From Planctopirus limnophila DSM 3776 (lineage in GTDB: Bacteria > Planctomycetota > Planctomycetia > Planctomycetales > Planctomycetaceae): a DNA stretch of 32,000 nucleotides. Below the pieces are notes generated by a model, which was not told the origin of the DNA, did not search any database, and was given only the letters and a program-made list of their open reading frames with translations. Both the position numbers and the translations under genes were made by a program. Below are positions 27,055 to 32,000 of this stretch, piece by piece. How positions within the stretch are numbered: the stretch's first letter is position 1; each line of letters begins with the position of its first letter. The stretch is taken from the NCBI RefSeq assembly GCF_000092105.1, contig NC_014148.1:3690001-3722000 (forward strand), given 5' to 3'.

Positions 27055-27123
27055 GATTGATGGCCGAATACGTTCGGGTTCGCCCTCATCCAAGCCTTCT
27101 CCCGTCAGAACGGGAGAAGGAGA
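27055..27123 (+). repeat. ~68-bp direct repeat, copy 2
   Basis: gattgatggccgaatacgttcgggttcgccctcatccaagccttctcccgtcagaacgggagaaggagag. Confidence 0.85.
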
Positions 27124-27147
27124 GAGAGGTGAGTTGGTGAGCGAGAT

Positions 27148-29730
27148 TCACTTATCGGTGGCGAGTTCCCGGACGAGTTTTTGCAGGCTCTCCTGGATCT
27201 CTGCGGGGGCCTGCTTGATCTGTTGTCTGTAGATGAGCTGTGTGGCCGTCAGGAGTTTTCGTGCCACGGTGCGATCATTGGCGGCGACAAGCAATTGCAC
27301 AGTATCGATACGAAGTGCGAGAAATGCGGCAGAACCTTTATCGAGCCTGGCTTCGGCGGCCTGCAATCCCTTGACGACTTGAGCTAACTGGGCTGGATCG
27401 AGCGTGGTGCCGATGGCTTGCAGCAGTTCTCGTCGTTCGGCTGGACGATCTGCCACCTGTGGAATCGTTAACAGAGCCCACTGGCTCGATCGTTTGGAAT
27501 CGCTGCAGACCTTCCAGGCACGGGTTAACAGCAGACCGGCTCGTCCAGATTCCTCAGGAGTCCAGTCTTTGGAGAAGGATTCGAGTCGTTCGGCTGCCTT
27601 TTGGATGAGCACCTGCAATTGTCGCTGGCGGGTGAGATCGGGTGTCGCCATGAGTTGAAGAAGACTATCGAGAACTGCGGCTGCGATTGTTGATGACGGA
27701 AGGTTTGCCGGAGTGAGCAGTTTTTCTGCAGCAAGGACATCCGGGCCACTGGCGATGAGGAGAATGCGGGCCTGTGTTTGTAGGGCCTGAAACTTTTGAG
27801 TGGTAGGTTCGTGATTGAGCCGGGTGAGTTCTTCATCGGCAAGATGCAGAAACTCTTCGGCATTGGCAATGGCGGGTGGTGATTGCCGGACAGCGAGCCA
27901 GGCAGCTCTGACAAGGAGTTCAATTTCGCCCTCAGGAAGGGGTTGTTGAACGGGACGATCTTTGACGAGTTGCTGCACCTCGTTCCAGACTTGTGCGGCC
28001 TGGGCTGGATCTTTTGGAGCCAGATCCAATTGGTGTTTCTCGAAGAGATCGAGAAGCGCGAGTCTGGCTGTGGTCGAAAGAGGACTGGTGGGAGCGATCT
28101 GCCTGAGCCAGTTTTTCGCTGCTGTCCAGTTCTGTTGTTCGATGGCGAGTAACGCTAAGGATTTGAGGGCTTCGTCGCCGGCGGGCTGACCAGAGAACTG
28201 TTTGGCATTCTGGAGGAGTGCTGTCTGAGCGGCAGCTTGATGTGCGGGTGTGGGTTCTGTGCGGGCAATTTGTCCTAATGCCCAGGCCCATAAGATGGCT
28301 GCCTGACTGGTGTACTTGTTCGACTTTTCCATGCCGGCAACTTGTTCGAGCAGGGTCGCTGCCAGAGAGTAGTCCTGGAGTTCGACAGCGATCGAGCCAG
28401 CAATAAAGCCAAGTTCAGCGGCTGCATTGAGCCGCTTTTGAGAGATCGAGGTTTCAAAAGCCTGTTGATATTGGGCGAGTGCTTCGGCTTTTCGTCCGTC
28501 GAGATAGGCTGACCGGGCCTGTTGTGTGGCCTGAGCGAGTTCGGGCCCGAGTTCCTTGATGATATCGGCCTGATGCAACCAGCGGTCGGCACGATCCCAC
28601 CAGACGGTTCCCAACTGCTCGCGGATACGCGTCAAGGAAAGTTGGATCTCGGCTTGAAGTTCATCAGCCAGCATGGTCTGGCCTTGTGATGCAGCGAGAT
28701 CGCGGGCACCAACCAGCGCTTCGATCTGGAGTTGCCAGATGGGGCCAGAAGGATTGTTGTTGGAAGCTTTGAGTTGACGGAAGAGTTCCAACGCCTGGTC
28801 GTAATTCTTTTGAAGTAAGGCCAACTCCATCAGACCCGAGGTACGCTGCTGCTCGTGAAAGGGAGAGGGGGCGGGCTTTAAAGCAGTGAACATAGCCATG
28901 GCCCGTGTGGTTTCGCCGCGAAGCAACACCGCTTTGGCGAGAATCAGTCGCCCTTCCCACTGGAGAACTTCCGAGGTGTTTTGCGTCGAAAGTTGACGCG
29001 CCAGACTCTCGGCTTCGAGCAAGTCATCGATCCGTTCGGATCGTTTCGGGTCAGCCAGAGAAGAGGCTGCCAGATACATCTGCGCCTGGCGAATCGTCAA
29101 CAGGCTGTCGATTTGTCGGAGCTCGGCCAGTGAGGGTGCGGCATTTCGATCACCGGTCTGTTCAGGGTTCGGTTGTCGTGATTTGAAGAGTGGTTGCAGA
29201 CGTTCGCGAGCTTCTCGTAAGGCGCCGGCCGCAGTATGCAATTGCTCGCGGGTCTGGGAGGAACTGCTGTCATCTCGGGAAGCGGCCCGTGCATCGGCAT
29301 CAGTTAACTCAGCTTTGGTCGCGACGATGAAGGCCAGCTCGGCATTGAGCAACAATTGCATGGCGGGTGTGGGCTGTTTGCGGATCTGATCATCCAGCAG
29401 GCGGCGGGCACGCTCGAGCAGTTCATCACGTTCGGGATTCAAGACCCATTGGGCGTGTGCCACGAATGTCTGAGCCAACTCGATGGTCGTGCGGCTTTCG
29501 GATTCAACTCCCTGGCGCTTCTGCTCCAGGCGTCTGAGTAAGACTTCTTCAGCCGTGGAGAAGAGGCGACGCTCTCTCAATCCTGCGAAATAGCGAACGT
29601 CGGCATCGTCGGCATCAAGTGGCAGAGCACTGAGCCCTACGGAAGATAGAACAAGGCCAGTGATCAAAGCGATTCGCAATTGTGATACGAATCGAAGCTG
29701 AAAAAGTCGCGTTGAAGTGTGAAGAAACAT
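27148..29730 (-). CDS. Large secreted alpha-helical repeat protein (TPR-like), function unknown
   Basis: The ORF is 27148-29823 (891 aa), and its first ~31 codons are encoded by repeat B4. ATG at 29730 gives MFLHTSTRLFQLRFVSQLRIALITGLVLSSVGLSALP, which is signal-like. The rest is Leu/Ala/Gln/Glu-rich helical repeat sequence with no catalytic motif that I recognise. The start is uncertain. Confidence 0.78.
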   Translation of the reverse strand: MFLHTSTRLFQLRFVSQLRIALITGLVLSSVGLSALPLDADDADVRYFAGLRERRLFSTAEEVLLRRLEQKRQGVESESRTTIELAQTFVAHAQWVLNPERDELLERARRLLDDQIRKQPTPAMQLLLNAELAFIVATKAELTDADARAASRDDSSSSQTREQLHTAAGALREARERLQPLFKSRQPNPEQTGDRNAAPSLAELRQIDSLLTIRQAQMYLAASSLADPKRSERIDDLLEAESLARQLSTQNTSEVLQWEGRLILAKAVLLRGETTRAMAMFTALKPAPSPFHEQQRTSGLMELALLQKNYDQALELFRQLKASNNNPSGPIWQLQIEALVGARDLAASQGQTMLADELQAEIQLSLTRIREQLGTVWWDRADRWLHQADIIKELGPELAQATQQARSAYLDGRKAEALAQYQQAFETSISQKRLNAAAELGFIAGSIAVELQDYSLAATLLEQVAGMEKSNKYTSQAAILWAWALGQIARTEPTPAHQAAAQTALLQNAKQFSGQPAGDEALKSLALLAIEQQNWTAAKNWLRQIAPTSPLSTTARLALLDLFEKHQLDLAPKDPAQAAQVWNEVQQLVKDRPVQQPLPEGEIELLVRAAWLAVRQSPPAIANAEEFLHLADEELTRLNHEPTTQKFQALQTQARILLIASGPDVLAAEKLLTPANLPSSTIAAAVLDSLLQLMATPDLTRQRQLQVLIQKAAERLESFSKDWTPEESGRAGLLLTRAWKVCSDSKRSSQWALLTIPQVADRPAERRELLQAIGTTLDPAQLAQVVKGLQAAEARLDKGSAAFLALRIDTVQLLVAANDRTVARKLLTATQLIYRQQIKQAPAEIQESLQKLVRELATDK

Positions 29731-29976
29731 GCTTGCCCAAAGCTGCAAGCATGACACAGTTTTTGGGTCAAATGTCCTCATATGTACCCGGGGTTTATGA
29801 CACTCATCACTCATAGCGAACATGCTCTCGAGTCAGGAAAACAAATCGCGGATGCATTTGTGCTGACGTCACCTTGGAACTGGGGGCGGATGAGGACATC
29901 CGACCCCAACCACCCCGGTAAAGACCACGCCCTTCCGCACTGTTTTGATTTTTGGGGCTCCAGGGGCGTGCCACCC
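29722..29976 (+). repeat. Family B mosaic palindromic element, copy B4 (m5-m1-m2-m3-m4)
   Basis: m5 agaaacatgcttgcccaaagctgcaagcatgacac (29722-29757). m1-like gggtcaaatgtcctcatatgtaccc (29765-29789). m2 ggatgcatttgtgc (29850-29863). m3 gggggcggatgaggacatccgaccccaaccaccc (29882-29915). m4 aagaccacgcccttccgca (29921-29939). ggggcgtgccaccc (29963-29976). Confidence 0.8.
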
Positions 29977-30011
29977 GTTGAAGGAGTGGCGCAAAGGTTG
30001 TGATCGAGAAC

Positions 30012-31022
30012 TTAGGGAGCGGTGGCGGGTTTGGCTTTTTCGAGCTCTTTGAGTTCGAGTTTGCGAATGGCGGCTGTGGATGTAAACGAGCAGACGCCGA
30101 GAGGTTTGGAGGGGGCGACTTCGATGCGAATGGAGAGTTTGACATCTTTGAGAGGCTGTTCAATGACCTGTTCGCCATCGATCCAGACGACGATGTTGTC
30201 ATCGGTGACGCGCAGTTTGATCGCGTACCATTTATTGTTTTCGAACGAGCGGTGAGTGCCGGTCTGGTTCTCGGAAGCATCCATGCCGTCGATGCTGGAG
30301 AGGCCGACGAGGCCGCCGCCCCAACCTCCAATAATGAGGCTGCAGGGATCTTCTTTGACGGGGAACGTGAGGCCGCAGAAGAAGTCGCTGCCATCGACTC
30401 GCATGGCTTCGATCTGAATTTCGTAGTTGGAGGTGGGGAGTTTGGGGCCATGCCAGGTAACGCCAGTGAGTGGTGAACCGACACCCAGCATCAGTTTTCC
30501 ATCAGCGACGGAGACTTCTCCTTCGCCGCCGAACTCTGTGGACTTCCAGTTTTTGAGAGTTTTTCCATCGAAGAGAGCGGTTAATGGAGGAGCTTTTGCG
30601 TTGGCTGGCGGGGCGGGTTTTTCATCGCAGGTGGTTTCGTTGAGCAGAGCCTCTTCGGGAGATGGTTCGGGTTGGGCAGTGGCATCGTCACCGACGAGAT
30701 CAGGCACAGCGGGAGGCGTGGTCGGTTCTGCGGGAGTCGTCGAAGAAGCTGCGGGAGCGGGAGAAGTTGCGGATGCTCCCAGCGATGGCGACTGGTCGTT
30801 CGCTGGAGTTGTGGGTGAAGGTTTCATCTCACTGGCTGGTGCGGATTGGTCTGTTAATCCGACATCAGGAGCTGTGGAGGACGGGTTGGATAGTGTCGAA
30901 GTGGAGACGGCATCCGCTGTCGTCGTTGCTTCCACGTTGGTCGCTTTCCCTGAGGGCAAAGGGGCCATGGGCTGACAGCCTGGCGTCGGCAACAAAGTGG
31001 CAATGAGTACCCAGGCTGCCAT
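30012..31022 (-). CDS. DUF1080 (3-keto-disaccharide hydrolase-like, concanavalin-type fold) protein with a signal peptide and a long Pro/Thr/Ser/Ala linker
   Basis: The internal ATG at 31022 gives MAAWVLIATLLPTPGC. A ~130-aa low-complexity PTSA-rich region follows. The C-terminal LFDGKTLKNWKSTEFGGEGEVSVADGKLML...WYAIKLRVTDDNIVVWIDGEQV fits the DUF1080 pattern. Confidence 0.85.
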   Translation of the reverse strand: MAAWVLIATLLPTPGCQPMAPLPSGKATNVEATTTADAVSTSTLSNPSSTAPDVGLTDQSAPASEMKPSPTTPANDQSPSLGASATSPAPAASSTTPAEPTTPPAVPDLVGDDATAQPEPSPEEALLNETTCDEKPAPPANAKAPPLTALFDGKTLKNWKSTEFGGEGEVSVADGKLMLGVGSPLTGVTWHGPKLPTSNYEIQIEAMRVDGSDFFCGLTFPVKEDPCSLIIGGWGGGLVGLSSIDGMDASENQTGTHRSFENNKWYAIKLRVTDDNIVVWIDGEQVIEQPLKDVKLSIRIEVAPSKPLGVCSFTSTAAIRKLELKELEKAKPATAP

Positions 31023-31208
31023 GTGGTGCTGGAAAACCTTCGTTATGGGGAAATGCGCGAAAGTCAGATTCGAACTGTTGGTTGTTGAACCGATCCACAG
31101 GTTACGCATGGCGACTGATCCGAATAATGGCTGGTTCTTTTGAGAGCTCTCGGATCATAGCAGAAGTGAGGGTCGGTATGCTGCTCAAAAGTGTGGCGGT
31201 CGCTGGGG

Positions 31209-31260
31209 GATGATTGAAGGTGGGTCGCGCGAAGGCGCGAAGAGAAGGTTGGAAGTGTTG
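31209..31260 (+). repeat. Family A repeat fragment (A4)
   Basis: gatgattgaaggtgggtcgcgcgaaggcgcgaagagaaggttggaag compares with the A2 segment gtgatttgaaattcggaggtctctcgcgaaggcgcgaaggctg. Confidence 0.55.
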
Positions 31261-31314
31261 GTGGGCTGGGGGGACAGTAACGTGGTTTGACGCTGGGGAC
31301 TTGCGTGAGGAGCA

Positions 31315-31451
31315 CTGCTGGCAAGCCAGCAGTGGCACCCGATGAACCGGCAATAGCAGGCGATAAACCGGCAGTAGCAACCAATCAGCCAGAAGTGGCA
31401 CGCTATGAACTCGTAGTGGCACACGAAGAGTTCATAGTGGTATACGGCGAG
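31315..31451 (+). repeat. 8-2-8 palindrome followed by six strictly 21-bp-phased degenerate direct repeats (core A-R-T-R-G-Y-A, mostly AGTGGCA)
   Basis: The palindrome is ctgctggc-aa-gccagcag (31315-31332). The units are ccagcagtggcacccgatgaa, ccggcaatagcaggcgataaa, ccggcagtagcaaccaatcag, ccagaagtggcacgctatgaa, ctcgtagtggcacacgaagag and ttcatagtggtatacggcgag. Their cores start at 31331, 31352, 31373, 31394, 31415 and 31436. Confidence 0.85.
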
Positions 31452-31453
31452 AT

Positions 31454-32000
31454 TCACGCGAAGGCCATCACCCGGTGTTTAGCAGGTGGGGCGATCATAC
31501 GTGTGTAGTCTTCCAGAGCACCAGAAGCGACGTCGGGTGATAAGAGGCCCGTGCGAACCAGAGCACCCATGACCGTTCGTGGATCTTCCTGCTGCGTCGC
31601 CAGTACGAAGACGGTTTCTGTCGCGGTCATCAAGCCGAGTCTCACAGCGACGGCACAGAACCGATCGCCCGTAACTTCCTGATGTTTGAGAATGCTGTGC
31701 AGTTCGGCAATGTCAAGATAGCCCATCCGCACGGCAAGTTCGCCGCACTGGACATGTGGAGTCTGGCAATCGAGCAGGACACGAGAGATCGACGGGACAT
31801 CGAGCAATCTCTGCTGGACGAGCCAGCGGCTGAAACGTGTCTGAGTAATGAGTTGCTGGAGCTGGCGGTCGCGTTCATCCATGACGTGACGAAGAATCGT
31901 GCGATTGCGTCCATTGCGTTTGGCTTCGTAGAGACATTCATCGGCAACGGCAATCAGGCGGTCACCAATACCGGTTTCGCCTCGACGAGGAATGGCAATG
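31454..32000 (-). CDS. Diguanylate cyclase (GGDEF domain) C-terminal part with a ~140-aa C-terminal extension; the N-terminus is outside the window
   Basis: The track lists 31454-31882, but the frame stays open upstream to the window edge: ...IAIPRRGETGIGDRLIAVADECLYEAKRNGRNRTILRHVMDERD... The AD(E)ALYxAKxxGRNR block is the characteristic end of GGDEF domains. The tail contains four 29-residue repeats. Confidence 0.85.
   Translation of the reverse strand, partial: IAIPRRGETGIGDRLIAVADECLYEAKRNGRNRTILRHVMDERDRQLQQLITQTRFSRWLVQQRLLDVPSISRVLLDCQTPHVQCGELAVRMGYLDIAELHSILKHQEVTGDRFCAVAVRLGLMTATETVFVLATQQEDPRTVMGALVRTGLLSPDVASGALEDYTRMIAPPAKHRVMAFA

Noticed and set aside
29807-30484. 225-aa minus-strand ORF, and the plus-strand ORFs 30000-30476 and 30427-30975
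   Set aside because: They are alternative-frame or antisense ORFs over the DUF1080 gene and the Family B repeat. The low-complexity Pro/Ser/Ala sequence of the linker keeps the other frames open.
31331-31421. Sigma-54 promoter candidates, because of the repeated TGGCAC
   Set aside because: None of the TGGCAC occurrences is followed by a TTGC-type -12 element at the required spacing (TGGCAC-N5-TTGC). The downstream sequences are ccgatgaac, gctatgaac and acgaagagt.
31326-31451. CRISPR array
   Set aside because: The 21-bp units are contiguous with no spacers, degenerate, and far shorter than CRISPR repeat-spacer periods. No cas genes are present in the window.

Overview
This 32-kb chromosomal segment looks planctomycete-like. 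That is an inference from gene content: many Tat- or lipoprotein-signal exported enzymes, a DUF1080 protein, an excisionase-HTH+receiver regulator, a Hanks kinase, and dense palindromic intergenic repeats.

I can support 21 protein-coding genes and one gene remnant. Left to right they are:
- a Ser/Thr kinase (minus strand, runs off the left edge)
- a truncated duplicate of a response-regulator 3' end
- an MFP-RND-OMF efflux operon (minus)
- the intact HTH-REC regulator (minus)
- a GH33-type sialidase (minus), divergent from a Tat-signal Gfo/Idh/MocA oxidoreductase (plus)
- a four-gene ABC operon: COG2984-type binding protein, STAS-domain fusion protein, permease, ATPase
- a Tat-signal pyruvyl-transferase-like protein and a MarC-family membrane protein (both minus)
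- a secreted hypothetical protein
- a NitT/TauT-type ABC operon (ATPase, permease, NMT1/THI5-like lipoprotein) plus a small GspG-like lipoprotein
- a large alpha-helical repeat protein, a DUF1080 protein, and the 3' part of a GGDEF protein (all minus)

I recognised no rRNA, tRNA, CRISPR array, integrase or transposase.

The points most worth a second look:
1. A STAS-domain fusion gene is translationally coupled inside an ABC importer operon.
2. A ~155-nt direct duplication (regulator 3' end, each copy followed by a related terminator hairpin) brackets the AT-richer efflux block.
3. Two families of mosaic palindromic intergenic repeats occur; one of them carries the likely start codon of a gene.
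4. A strictly 21-bp-phased array of six TGGCA-type cores abuts the GGDEF stop codon.
5. Four 29-residue MshEN-like repeats form the C-terminal tail of the GGDEF protein.
6. A His/Asp/Lys-rich insertion sits in the efflux adaptor.

All functional calls rest on motif recognition by eye. No database search was possible.
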